In this document: positions 13,207 to 26,497 of the stretch, one piece after another
Numbering within the stretch: the stretch's first letter is position 1
How the letters are laid out: each line of letters starts with the position of its first letter
Origin: Lingula anatina
Lineage: Eukaryota; Animalia; Brachiopoda
DNA length: 64,000 nucleotides
Assembly (NCBI GenBank): GCA_051362555.1
Contig: CM120643.1
Span: forward strand, 23,626,848 to 23,690,847
Direction: 5' to 3'
Made by a program: the position numbers and the translations under genes
The notes under the pieces: model-generated
Seen by the model: only the letters and a program-made list of their open reading frames with translations
Databases searched by the model: none
Told to the model about the DNA's origin: nothing

Positions 13207-13863
13207 TTAACCTAATCCTGTTAATATGCTTAATAGATTTCCACGTCAACATTTCGGGAAGACGTACTCCGTGCAGCGCGCTATTACTACATTGATAGGT
13301 GCCTTACAGTTCCCACTGTTCTTCTGGCTGAAGAGTGATCTTGACAGCGATCCACTCTATGTAATTATTGCTTTCATTCTTGGATATTTTCACTTTTTCG
13401 TGTAACGTCATCCGATTTAACACAATGGCGTCCGCTAGATTAAGTCGGCGCATGTGAATGGATGTAATTTGCCAAAATACATTACTTTTGCTTCATGCGC
13501 AATTTTCCCTATCCTAAAGCAGATGGGAAACATGTTGTTTGTACCCTTAAATGGTGTGTTCTCATTTTGTTTGTATCAGCATGCATTAATCATCTGCTCG
13601 TATTTAGGCTGTAAAGGCAATTACTCCAAACTAATAAAATGCTTACTAGGATCAACATTGACCAGAAATTGGTGACAGAGAATGCGTTACTTAAGCGCCC
13701 GATATTCTTGAGATTATTTTCAAAACTGTACTTTTCAAACTTTCAGTTCAGTCTGGCACTGTGTGGTATTTCCTGCTTGATGCTCAGTCTTCCAGTATAC
13801 CTAATGAGACGGGGAGGTGCGCTGCAGAAAGAGCATAATGAAGGCGATATGAAGAAAACTTGA
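8266..13863 (+). CDS. SLC43A3-like: SLC43-family major-facilitator transporter (LAT3/LAT4/SLC43A3-like), 9 coding exons
   Basis: Exons 8266-8603, 10304-10350, 10692-10861, 11267-11473, 11682-12171, 12443-12544 (or -12556), 12772-12940, 13237-13360, 13747-13863 (TGA); phases are consistent. Family-like motifs: GWPSLVYIF..GFYSDLC, C..QEEILNLVFTV, GYFYDHFG, LFP.KKSTI.ALVSGA.D.SS, SQYTNVFG..Q, AFP.QHFGK, LQFPLF...DPLY. Many hydrophobic helices. Confidence 0.88.
9885..10163. mobile_element. Palindromic Harbinger-like MITE in SLC43 intron 1
   Basis: GGTCGCGTTCAGAACA...TGTTCTGAATGCGATC imperfect TIRs extend into a long internal palindrome (aaatatggcggac / gtccgccatattt). TAA on both sides (9882-9884, 10164-10166). 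A related fragment lies at ~5524-5590. Confidence 0.8.
12558..12591. repeat. (CT)n microsatellite
   Basis: Direct reading of the sequence. Confidence 0.95.
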
Positions 13864-14847
13864 CTGATTGCATTAGTTGAGCAATGATCTTTAGACACAT
13901 TCGTAAGCTTCCCGACTGCTTTTTTTACGTGTGATTTCAGAGTCAAGCGGAGATATATTGATATAATGGTAGTGAGGTACCAACAACTGACACATTGAAG
14001 CGCTCATAATGTTCGTGTAGAAATGTGCAGGCCTGTAGTACATGGACAAGCGTAACATGTATAATCCGTGAAAATAAAGTGATTGATGGTTCTAGTATTT
14101 TCCCAGTCGATAGATGGTTATTGCATTAGTAGCACTGTCACGGCGCTCAGGTCAGAGCATGATAACAAAAAGCCTTCTTGGCCCATTGAACCCAATATTT
14201 CAAGTAAACGAACCAAATAAGTGTTCTGTCATTTCTGGTGTATATGCATGTAAAATAATACAACTGCAGGCGTCTTTACATCCAAAGTGTGAATGACTGA
14301 CTGAGGAGCATCTAGTCATTTGGGGTAATAAAAAATGTGAGACGAGGGTTTGGGCAGTGGGCAAGGACCCAAATGAACCGTCCACTTGAAAATTATATAT
14401 AAATAATTTAACAAGTAAATAAATATCAGCAACTTTTGAGTTGATTTCTATCAAAATGCTGTTGACATTTTATGAACAGATCAAAATGTCTAACAGAAAG
14501 TAAAGATTTTATATGCAAAAGACTTCTGCATTCTCTGTGAAGATAGTTATAGAAAAGAAAAGAAAATAGCAGGCTAGAAACATTTTCGAAATTACTCGAA
14601 GTTAAGCATTCAAAATTAACTTTTACTCAAATATTTATCTAATTTATTACCTTTTTTTGCAAAGGTAATTTGTTTCGGTACTACAGAACACATATTCGTT
14701 CCCGTGACTTCCCAATTCAGAAACCAACACGTTGGTAAACACGTGGAAGATTGCCTTTTTTTACAAGTGCATTGCCCGGTCAAACGGGAACCGGGAGCCA
14801 AACCAGTAGTGCTGGCTTCCGCTTCAGAGACTAGCCCGCACGTGGTT

Positions 14848-16381
14848 AATAAAGGGAACCGGAGAAGATCAGCATTGGTCAGAATTGTGCCGGAAGTGAC
14901 GTGCAGTGGTGTTAGAAACGAAGCTGAGTGGTCATTTTAACATAGAGGTGAACGGCAGTAAAGACGGGTTGTCGGAGGAAAAAGAAGTTTTCTAAACAAC
15001 ATGGTAAGATAACTCTCTTTTTTTACGCATTTTGGGCAGAGAAAACTTGTAGAAATAATAAATGCATGATATGAAAACGTGACACGGAACTTGAAGGTGC
15101 AAAATCGTGCTTAATTGGCGGTCAACTTGTTTAGAAATAAATGCTGCGTCGACCGCCAGCGCGACAAAGAGCGTAAAGGGGAAATAATTCCCGGGAGTCT
15201 ATAAATCGTTGTCATGTGGAAATTTGGCATTAATATAATCCGATATGTCCATATCTAAGTATTTTTTGGGTGTTTTATGGTATGGGCTGCAATTACAACG
15301 AAGTTTTAGAGGTCTTGAAGGACCTTGTGAAAACCAGGAAGTAGTTCGTAACTAACAAGTGGAATGTACCGATCTCCGACTGCTGTGCACAGCTGTATCT
15401 TTTTTTCAATATATTGACGAATTTTTAGATCTTTATATGTCCATCTGGCATGAAATTCCACACACATGATCACACTGATATACCTTTTACACTGGGGAAG
15501 GCGCTAATCAGTGACAAATGCCAAGACAAAGGTGACATTCTGACAGCCTCTTATCTGAGTTAAAAATCACTGACAAAAGAGACTGGCAATCAATTTCCTC
15601 AGGCTGGCAATCATTAGCCTATAGAAATTGGTCATGTTACATCTTATCTACCTGTGAGAATCGTTTTACCAACTGAGTATTGCATAATAATGTCAATTAT
15701 TAGTACTTTGAGCTAGTCTTAATTACCTGTCAGCTCACCTGAATTCTCTTTTTGTCTTTTTGGGAAGATCTTGTCAGTGAAATGTTTTATTTGTCCTGTG
15801 ACAAAAATTCGTCAATATATTGAAAAAAAGATACAGCTGTGCACAGCAGTCGGAGATCGGTACATTTCACTTGTTAGTTACGAACTACTTCCTTGTTTTC
15901 ACAAGGTCCTTCAAGACCTCAAAAACTTCGTTCTAATTGCAGCCCATACCATAAAACACCCCAAAAATACTTAGATATGGACATATCGGATTATATTAAT
16001 GCCAAATTTCCACATGGCAACGATTTACAGCCTCCCGGGAATTATTTTCCATTTACACTCTTTGTCGCAATGGCGCTCAATGCAGCATTCATTTTAAAAC
16101 AAGTTGACCGCCAATTAAGCACGATTTTGCACCTTCAAGTTCCGTGTCACGTTTTCATATCATGCATTTATTATTTCTACAAGTTTTCTCTGCCCAAAAT
16201 GCGTAAAGAAAAAGTGTTATCTTACCATGTTGTTTAGAAAACTTCTTTTTCCTCCGACAACCCGTCTTCACTGCCGTTCACCTCTATGTTAAAATGACCA
16301 CTCAGCTTCGTTTCTAACACCACTGCACGTCACTTCCGGCACAATTCTGACCAATGCTGATCTTCTCCGGTTCCCTTTATT
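14848..16381. repeat. Long inverted repeat / foldback: 579-bp arms (14848-15426, 15803-16381) with a 376-bp spacer
   Basis: The right arm is the reverse complement of the left (AATAAAGGGAACCGGAGAAG... / ...CTTCTCCGGTTCCCTTTATT) with only scattered substitutions by eye. No flanking TSD found. Confidence 0.95.
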
Positions 16382-17903
16382 GCTCTGTGATATTACTAGC
16401 GTACACGTAGACACGATGCTGACTGCATTTTGAGTATAACGGGTCCACCCACCAACGTTTATCATAGTTTTGTTCTCATAGTAACCGCAAAAATCGATTT
16501 CTGGACAAAAGAACTCGAATTCATGAACAAGTGGCTGTGGTGCCTATGACGACTTTGACTTTTTGAGCAGTGCAGTTACTGGCATACAGAATCTGCGTTG
16601 ATTATTTCGTATCAAATGAGAACTTTCTCTGCCTTCTTCAGCGGCGTATTGAAACCGTCTTCTGGGTCTTCCGGAAGACGGTCAGATTTTAAAGTTTACA
16701 TTGCCGGGTATCTATTTTTTTCTGTTGGAGAACCATCAAAAATGGAGGATGGATCAACATAGATAATTTGGTATACTGTCAGAAAATATCTCTGGATCCA
16801 CTCCTGTTCTTACTACGGCTACGTTGCAAAATCATCCCATCATATCGTAGTACAATTGTTAGATAGGGCGCTCTTCCTATATTCTACACATCTCCGTTCT
16901 TAACACAATATCTTATACTGTACCAACGGCGGTGCTGATGTTGCTGACTCAGTGATGCAAAAGGCTACGTTTAATTTTACATGTCTCAAAAGGAGACTTT
17001 CTTAAAGATTATTTTACTTGTTTTGCGCTGTGGGCCAGCTGAACTGATACATTACGTAACGACCGTGGTGAGTTGCCAAGTTGTTCAAACATGGCTGGGT
17101 TTTGTTAAGAGTACATTTTCTGTTCTGAATTTTGGCTGTTTGTGAGTCGCCCCAGGCACCGTAAAATAGAACTAGCAGGGTCCCTGGAAGGAAATCAGTC
17201 TTGGGAAGTTTTGGTAAACAACAAAACACGAAAGATTGACAATTTTAAACGAAATTTTGGTTTTTACAAATTCTCGCACTGGATCCCGTTGTAATATTTC
17301 ATAGCGCTTTTTCTTTCTACGCTGATAAAAGCAAAGTAAAATAAAAAGCGATACATGTTTATAAACTTCGGCCTATGTGAAATTAAGTTTTGGTTTCAGT
17401 TTCTATATTTTTTTCATTTTTAAATCTTCGGAAATCGATGCACAGTAATTGGTAAGTACAGTAACTGTGTGTGTTTATTTTTAACTGCTCATTTATTTAT
17501 TGCATGATTCTTGCGATTAGATTGTTCGAAATAAATGCAAAACATGCAATAAAATAATTGAAAACGATACAGGACTCACTTTGCAGGCAATTCAGAATGA
17601 TATAGGACTCACTTTGTAGGCAATTCAGAATAAACAAACAAGAAAAAGAAATACGCACAAGAAAGTGCAGTACGAGAACCACTCGAACTTCCCAACATGG
17701 CGAATTCCGCCAGGCTTTTAAAAGGCTCTGTTATCTGTCAACACGCAGCATTACCAGTGGCATCAGTATCAGTTTTAGAGCTTGAATACACGATATTCAT
17801 AGTGTAAAGAAATGCAAAGGAGATACTGCTGACCTTTGCCTATGTTCCGACATTGTTGCGCCGATTCTTTGACCTGGAAACAGTGCAAAAGACTAAACAT
17901 TGA

Positions 17904-18075
17904 CCGGTGTGACAGAAATGGTAGTTCTAGGTATGGAAGTCCGGGGTCCCACATGATTACTACAGGTTGGGGTTAGTTGGAGTATTGGGGTTAATATATG
18001 GGACGAATGCCACCTGTACAATGTAAAGGGGAACGGACCACTGTTCCTAGCGGACTACCATTCTTGTTACACCGG
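17904..18075. mobile_element. Short MITE
   Basis: Imperfect TIRs CCGGTGTGACAGAAATGGTAGT / ACTACCATTCTTGTTACACCGG around a degenerate ggttggggttag core. Confidence 0.65.
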
Positions 18076-18992
18076 CTTTCCAGTAGAATTCTATTATCTA
18101 AACGAGGATCTAGAGGATGGGTTAGGAACTTGCAACGGGTCGCGTTCTAACACAACAGATGACACGAAGGAAATTTATTTTCTTTCACTATCCTGTTTCC
18201 CTATGTAACCTCCTGCGCCCACACCCAGAAATCTTTCATACACAAGAACTGTGGCAACCATGGATTAGTGTTTTTAAAAAATATTTAAGACTGTTGATTG
18301 CTTGGGTTTAGATAGAAGAAAATATCCAAGGTTCTGGGTAGATCATACAAGTAATTCTACTGTAATTTGAATTATATAAATTTTACTTACTTTATTTATT
18401 TTCATTTTATTATCTCTTTTAGATAGTCAGTAGTTGAGCTAATTGTCTACAGCTGTGGGCTTCCTGCTTCGGCTTCACTGCTGTATCTCTCTGGTCGAGT
18501 TTGCAAAATACTGGGCTCGATGGGGATTGGAAACAAAATATGAATGTCCATAGAATGATATAGAAAGTTTGAATACCGTGTCACACTCACGGATTGGACG
18601 ATAAAATATGTTGTGTAGTCGCGGGGTTTGACTTCTCGAAACATTTCCCGAAATCTTTCAGTTCGTCAATAAATAAGCAAACACCTGTTTGAAATAAAAT
18701 CGCATTGTTAAAGTACAAGCAATCTTAACGAGTATGAAATTTCAAGGGAGGCTGTGAAAGAAACAAATACAAAACGAACAAAAACGGTTTCCGGACGTCA
18801 TGAAGCGCTCAAACAATACCTTGTCAATGAACGCTTAACTAATTTTGACGTCAACGACCAAACACGTGCAAACATGGCGCTGTTTATCAGCTTCTACCAC
18901 TTTCCCGCGTGTAACGTCACGTGAAAAAGCATATTATAAAACTGTGGGTTGATTAACTCAGCATGGTCTTTTGGAGTTCAGATACAGGGCAC

Positions 18993-19000
18993 TATAAAAG
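18993..19000 (+). promoter_or_regulatory. TATA box of the DUF4174 gene
   Basis: Canonical TATAAAAG ~110 bp upstream of ATG 19106. Confidence 0.6.
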
Positions 19001-19105
19001 CTTGTGAACGGAACAGATGCACTGGTATTTTTCTACGGTACTCCTACTGTTAGCCCCTGGATCGCTTGGGCAAGAAACACACTTCTTTTGAAAAATATTT
19101 AAACT

Positions 19106-19424
19106 ATGTATAAGCTCGGGTTTGTAGTATTTGCGCTGGTACTTTTTGGCAAATGGGATTCTGCCTACTGCTGGTTCCGAGTAAGATCACACGTAGGTAG
19201 TTTTTGGTCTATGATTTCTATTTGGCCAGTATTTTAATTTTTTTTTTCAAATTTAAGCTCTATATTTCTTTTTGCTAGGTTTGTTTACCTACGTTCAGAT
19301 GGCAGAGCAGGGTATTGGTGATAGCGTCGCCATCTATGGGAGATCAGGCCTACCAGCAGCAGTCAAGAGAAATCAAAGTGAGTGAATTAGCCCCTAATTA
19401 TGCTCTATGCCTGTCTATTTCCAA

Positions 19425-19462
<38 letters not shown>

Positions 19463-20544
19463 ACTATATTTTTTCACTATACACTATACCGGTTTTATAA
19501 GTACACACATGACCTTCCCTCTCTTTAGCCTCGAATGTACCCTTTTCTTGTCATCCCTTAAGCTTAGGTCCCAACTACGTTTTGGACGCACGGTTTTTAA
19601 GTTCCTTGCGTCCGGCTAGGACTTAGCTAGATCGCAGGGAAGAAATCAAGTAATTGATGAAAAGTTTCTACGTGCTGTTTGCGTCCTCCAAAAGTCGCAC
19701 GATGGACGTGCTCCTCACGCACGAACTCCCACGTTTTCCCCATTTTTTGGCCGTAGACCACGGTTGGGACCTAGGCTTTAAAAACACATGACCTTCCCTG
19801 ATCTGCACGCATTCGTACGATTTTGCACGGCCTCCTTAAGGTCATGTGATAGAAATAACACGGCACCGTAATGTTTATACGTACAATCCGTAACCCGTGG
19901 CTACTAACGATGTCAAAATTAAAATTGTACTAAAAATTATATTTAAGTAATCTAGGCCTCATTTAGACCAAATCGGAGAGGCATTAGAGACCGTAATTCC
20001 GTACGATTTCGTAAGATTTCGCACGCCAATTGTCTGCCTCAGCATAGACGGATTTACGGGTAGTATACGAGCACTGTACGGACATGGCATGTCTATTGTA
20101 ATCTAGGCTTTAGGAATCATCTAATAAAGCGTTTACAACCGAAAGATGCACATGTAGTCATAAAAGAAATGGAATCAACTCTTTTTTTGTCGTTTTATTT
20201 TGCAGAGTAATGTGTGCGAAATGTCTCTCCGTGACATGGCGGTGATTGCAATTTTCAATGTCCGTGATGTCGACCGATCCAAAGTCACCTGGATGGTGTA
20301 CCAGCAGCATTTCGGCGTGCCCCGGACACGGAAGTTAAATCACAGAGAGGCACACAGAATCGTAGACTGCTTAGGGCTGGAAAAAGATCGATTCAACATG
20401 GTACTGGTTGGTGCCGATGGTTATAAAAAACGCACATACCGCTACCCAACCTCTATGGCAACAATATTTAGATTAATTGATACAATGCCCATGCGCAGAA
20501 GAGAAATACAAGAACAGGCCAGAGACGGTATATACTGTTACTGA
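19106..20544 (+). CDS. Secreted single-domain DUF4174 protein (CCDC80/SRPX-type domain), ~170 aa, 3 exons
   Basis: Exons 19106-19180, 19279-19377 and 20206-20544, all with phase-0 GT-AG introns. Signal-peptide-like MYKLGFVVFALVLFGKWDSAYC, then FRWQSRVLVIASP...D.AYQQQ, C.MSLRDMAVI, FNMVLVGADGYKK..Y..P.SM..IF.LID.MPMRRRE, which are hallmark DUF4174 motifs. Confidence 0.85.
19428..19460. repeat. (GA)n microsatellite
   Basis: Direct reading of the sequence. Confidence 0.95.
19561..19777. mobile_element. Harbinger-like MITE in DUF4174 gene intron 2
   Basis: TIRs AGCTTAGGTCCCAAC / GTTGGGACCTAGGCT with TTA direct repeats at 19558-19560 and 19778-19780. Confidence 0.75.
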
Positions 20545-22588
20545 GAAAAACATTTAAGAGATAAAAAGAAAATTGAAAATCATCCGAGAAGTCGTCATTA
20601 GTACAAAGCGCAAGGTTCTTGAACATGCGACTGAAAAAGACATTTGTAGCGTGGATGCTGGTATGCTAAGAAAGGAATGACATTCTCAACATATCTGATC
20701 AATATTCCATTGTAAATTTAATACTCACTGCTTACAGTTGTACAAAGATCGTTTGTTGCCTACTCGCATACTTGTTAAAGTAATACACGTATACACAGAG
20801 TACATAAAATCGCCTTTGTAATGAACTATGTACATATCAGTGGATTGTGATGAAGACTATTGCTGATGCACAATAAAGAACTCCTTATAATCGGGGAATG
20901 TATAGCAAGTACCGCTGTATCAAAAGCTTAAAATGATTACTAACCAGTGATTGGCACATAATAAAATAAGAAATGTATTCATATTGATAAATAAGTTTTT
21001 TTATTGTGATAGCTAATATGCCACCCCTAGTTTCAAAGGACCCCGCAATGTCCGTTGAATGCAGTAGTAGACAACGGAATCCCCAAGGGATTTCCAGGAA
21101 ATTTGGGGCCTGAATCTCAGGGTGTTCTATGATAATATATTTGTCATTGTTCACTGATGACATGTATTCTACGTCTGTGAACACGTTTGCTACAAATGAA
21201 GGATATTGGCGCTGGTGACCGCAGTTTACTGTTACAGTGTCTATTTGATTGTACTAACGGCATCTAGTGTTTTATATTGTCCGCAGGGGCCTTGAGTTAA
21301 TGTACTATGGCTAAGGATGTAATTTCGTTGAGATGAGTGGTTCTTTGGCAACACATGGTTATAAAAAGTGTCATTTAGAGTGGGTGTCTCGTTTCACTGA
21401 TGACACTGCCTTCTGAAAAACGTGATTTCAAGCCACCGGCAATCGTCAACAATCAACGGCAAAACAAGGCTTTGGCTCACTACATTTCGTGCTTGAAGTA
21501 TCCGTTGATAAGCTGCCGTGTCCCTGGTCGCGTTATTCAAGATTGCAGCATCGTCACTAGTTGCAATGATGCTTATTAACTCCCAGGCAACTGAAAGTAG
21601 GGAAAAAAGAGAACTGTGTATTTACCAGTGACTTCAGAAGCATTAGTAATGTGAACCAGCTGCTCTCCCTAGAGCGTTTTAATTAATTAATGTGGCATGT
21701 GCTCTGCTCTTCACTTCAGGATCGGAAGCTAGTGTCACAAAAGACCTTTGGCCAGAATATCGGTCTAATCTTTAAACCAATGGTTTGGTCTACTTCTGTT
21801 CAAAATAATCCATAACACCTCTAAATCCACTCAAATATAGTACCATTGGCCTGAAACATAAGCCGTACAGGGATCAGAGTCAATTAATTGCACTCGCACA
21901 GATTTAACTTGGTTCTTGGACCAATAATTCGTATTATTTGTCCACGATTGGGTCAAACCAGTCTTATATTTTGTCATAAATGTTAAGACCAATTTAAAAT
22001 TCCGGGCTGAACGTTATTGATCAAACAGAACCTTATTGGAAAAGGCCAGGTGAATCATAACATGTGACCTGCTATCGCAGTGGAGGGGAAATTCGGCTGT
22101 GGTTGCAAAACCAGTGATTGACCAAAAGTTGGCACACAGCTTAAACCAAGGGCTCTTAACGCTCGTGCTTGTTTTATACGCACATTTGTCAATCGATTAA
22201 TTCTCTTCCGCGTTTTCCATTAATTGTTGTCTGCATTCCTTAAAACACCGATAACTATGTTAAAAATAAAACTGATTGTTGAAATACAAGCCAATAAATA
22301 TTTCAATACTCTTGCTGTTTTCACACTACGTTGATGTAAACTAAGTGTTTTGTTAATTCAACTTAAAGTAATACCAAAGGGCATTTTTGTCATAATAAAT
22401 ATTTTAAATGTGCTTTATAAACATACGCGTAAGATTCATTATGTCATGTGTGGAGCTTCAACGCTTCACCAGCTGTAAGAGACGTAACGTGGCAAGAGAT
22501 TGTGCTACACGCTCGTTTGTGACGAGCGAATTGCATTAAAAAAGAAATAAAAAAAACCCTCTGCAAATTCGTTTGTTTGCGCCGGTTT

Positions 22589-22616
22589 GAATGAATGAAT
22601 GAATGAATGAATGAAT
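22589..22616. repeat. (TGAA)n microsatellite
   Basis: Direct reading of the sequence. Confidence 0.9.
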
Positions 22617-24568
22617 AAAACGAACCTGACATTTAACATTTACGGACCCAAATTGCAAGTGCAATCAGAAACCATTCTAGGGAGTGTTTTGCTTCCTGCG
22701 TATTGTATGAACTACAGTGTTGAATGAGCGCAGAAATCCCATGGAATTCACCGAAAATATCGCAATTCTTCTTTATACTGCGCCCCCATTTAGGCTTAAG
22801 CTCAAATCTAGGAAATGAGCGCGTATCGGATGGGGTTGTTAATTCTAATAACAGTTCTACAAATAAGCACGCACTGTGTTTGGTAAAAACAGATGACAAA
22901 CAATGGAAGGAATGGTATAATTTCCAATCAACAAACGTACATGTTCAGTAGTGTTAGTGCTGTCTAACAAACACTAAAAAAAGGCCATTAATGTCCTTTA
23001 TGCAACGATTTATCGTTTGCCGTAAGTTGACTTAATGTTCGTGACTAGGAGATATCATATTATGTAATCAAAACTTATAGGCAGAGGGTGAGCTGGTAGC
23101 GGTATTGCCAATTGAACTGTTTCTCATAATGCTTTATGTTCTATTTGTTATATTTAAGGGGGTTTAATATTCGTAAGGTTTATTTTAACCATCCACTTAG
23201 GTAATCCGGATTTATACATCGTCATGTAATGAGATAATGATGTGGCATTAAAATACATTGAGGTGAATTTGTTAACTCGAGCTGATGATGTAACAGCGGC
23301 GGTTTTGGTAAGAAAACTGTGTTGATTTCAAACAGATGTCCCTCACCTGACCAACTTCTGACTTTATCGGCTAAAATTATGCCTTTCTTTAATTGAAAAT
23401 CCCAATTAAGGTTTTTAATCTGGTAAACAAAAGAGGCATGTAGCCAAATACGTGTGTGTATAACGTATCGATCCCCCTTAAACGTTATCAATTGATTGGA
23501 TTATTCGGGGATATGCGGATCCAATATTCCCCTCCATTAAAGAGAAAGAAGCCAATTGACGCCCGGAATCGAGCTTTTCCCAGCCACCTAAAATACTTTA
23601 AATTGCTAGAAGATTCATTAAGTGGAGATGTCAATCCTTTCACAACATTCTTTCAATTTACCTTTTAAACAAAATTTTAATAAAAAGGAATGGGTAATTT
23701 TTAATATCCTGTATCCTCTAGCACAATTCAACTCCATGATTATTGCTATAGAATTAGCACCCCTGCAATAACTGCAGATTTACAAAGTTTTGTGCTTTTC
23801 GCCTTTGCATCTGTTCCACACTTGAGAAACTATATATGATTTCTGTCCCAGCATTAGGTCCACTTACGTCGTGTTAACCCTAACCTGTATGATTCTCACG
23901 GTTGGTGAACCTTCTGGTACACCACCCTCAGTTCCTTAGCACCAGCGTTTATTGGTCTTGAATTTTCAGTTTCTTTTGATATAGACTTCTATGGGTCTGT
24001 GAGTGGCTATGGAGCGCAAACGAATAACGCAGGGAGTGGTCCTAATTGTGCCCTAAATACAACAATTGCAACCAGTGTTTCAGAGTTTCTACATCCAGAA
24101 TACCCGTGCCACTATGTGCAGTGCCATGCATCCAGGGCGGAGAGGTAAAAATACACTGTTTGCGGGAGTGATTGAAATTATTCTTTGCTCAGAATTTGTG
24201 TAAAGTATGCTGGGATAGTGTCAATAATATCTATCATATGAAGGGGAAATATTTACAAGTATTTACAGTAGTTATTCTTTTTTCCTTGTATTGAAAGCTG
24301 CGAGAGTCAACATTGGACTTAAATGTTTGTTCAATGGAGGGGAGAAATGATGCAGAAACAGTCTTTTTATATTTTCATGTCTAAAACGTGATTACCTATG
24401 TCGTATTATTGCCACTTAGCCCAAACAAATGCCACCATAGTGCTTCAAACGACAATAAATGTTGAAGATACAGCCCAGAGTTTTTTCACATTATTTCCTT
24501 AAAATTATATTTGCACATAAACTGAAGAAAGTGCAGTTTTAGTGCTGCCCGAAAGATTAAATTCGGCT

Positions 24569-24612
<44 letters not shown>

Positions 24613-26497
24613 GACATATGGATTTTCTTTGCTTTGTGCGAGTAAATGGTACTGATGATTAACTCGTATACTGTATATCTTTAATAATTTGTCGAATCGA
24701 ATGTATTACAATACATTCTATCAGAACTGTGACCATGTCAACGTTAAACGCAAAGTGTGATTCACTATCCCATTTGCTGCCAAGTATCATTTTGATAAAT
24801 AATACATTTGTGCATCTGAAAACGGTAAAGATGATGTCCTTGGTAATGACTATCATCCAATCACGCATGCCATGGTACAACAATGACTCTTTTTCATTAT
24901 TCATAATCGACCAAACGACATATTTATTTAGACTGCCGGCGTGAATCTTTTATGAAATGCATGTAGCAATACATGTGACTACAGTAATTAGTCGTATATA
25001 ATATACTGCATATTGATACACCAAATTCTATATACGCTCGGAAGTAGAATTATCTGCTTTTCAGGCTTATTAGTCATCAGTGCTCTTTTTGTTCACTTTA
25101 TGGATGGTGTGTAATTCTACATCTCATATTACTGAGACAATGAATCAATAATGCAATGTAAAAATGGGATTAATTTTCACCCCAAACACCGATAAATAGG
25201 CGTCAATGGGAAATGAAAAGTGAAGAAGACTTACCAAATAGATTGTCTTGAAATTCATATGTAAAAGAGAGAGACAGAGCTCTGCCTGTAAAAAGCAAAA
25301 TAGAAGCAGAGAATTACAGGACAAAACAGTGACTGTATAACAAGAACGTGGCAGACAGAAGGAAAAACTCGACCTCTCAGTCGCGTCATTCTTAATTTTG
25401 TAGCCTTTAGGTATACAATAAAAACATTTTTTCAAGATAATAAAATAGACCATATAATTCACCACTTGTCAAACAATACAAACACGTTGATACAGTAAAT
25501 AATGAGCAATTTGAATGAAAACAAGGGAGACGATCTGCATAATTATATAATGCCAATGACTAAATAGAGAACAAACTGTAAAACGTATAAAATTATTTAC
25601 ATGTCACTTACATCAATAAAAGTCACCAGACGAATGATTTAATGTCTTTATAGACCTGACATTGTGCCATCAGCCATGTTTTAAAGAAGCTAGGTATGGA
25701 CTTTGGTTGTGAAATTTGCCTCGTTCAAAAAACTAATATACTGCTATACATAAATAAGTACCGTCTTCCAATAAAATATATAAAAAAATACACACCAGAA
25801 ACATTATTGGAGTACTAATACGTGGTCAAACCACACAAAAAAGACTGACACGTTGACAATGGGAGTATTGCCAAACCCACATTATATTTACTACGATTTT
25901 TTGTGCTCAAATATTATCATCATTAAGACCATGGTTTACAACTAACTGCTCAATTTGGGCCTGATGTTGGCAGTATATTATGAGCATTATATTTAACAAT
26001 TGTTACTGAAATAAATATCAGACGTTTTCATCTGATCCGCGTTGCAGTGTTAAAATGAATCATTGCCTGATTTGGTATTCAATGTCCAGTCGGTTTAACT
26101 TCCCAAAATACAATTCATTTTACACTTTTGCAAAATAGAAAAGGGCAGATTGTCTCAGTCGCCAAACAGAGCTATCAAACTACGTTTTATATCCAAACTC
26201 ATAATCTGGATCAATTTCACATAATTATACTAAATCTAAAAATAATTTTCGTAACTTCAAAGATAATATGCAATCAAAAGCTGCCCTTTTTCCCCTCCTG
26301 AATATCTGATGAAAAATAAAACAAATCAAACAAGCTACACCTACACATATCTACAGGACTACAGTTCCCGTGTAAATGTTCGAGACAGACTGCAACATAA
26401 ACATGTCTTTTCAACATGTGCAAACGCCATTTAACGACCTTTCGGTGCAGTTCATGAAGCGGAAAGGTTAAAGGTCAGGAAAATCACATAAACGTCA

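Noticed and set aside
20600-26400. Intergenic/3'-UTR region between the DUF4174 gene and opine DH copy 1
   Set aside because: Only short random ORFs and simple repeats; no tRNA, rRNA or additional opine DH remnant recognised.
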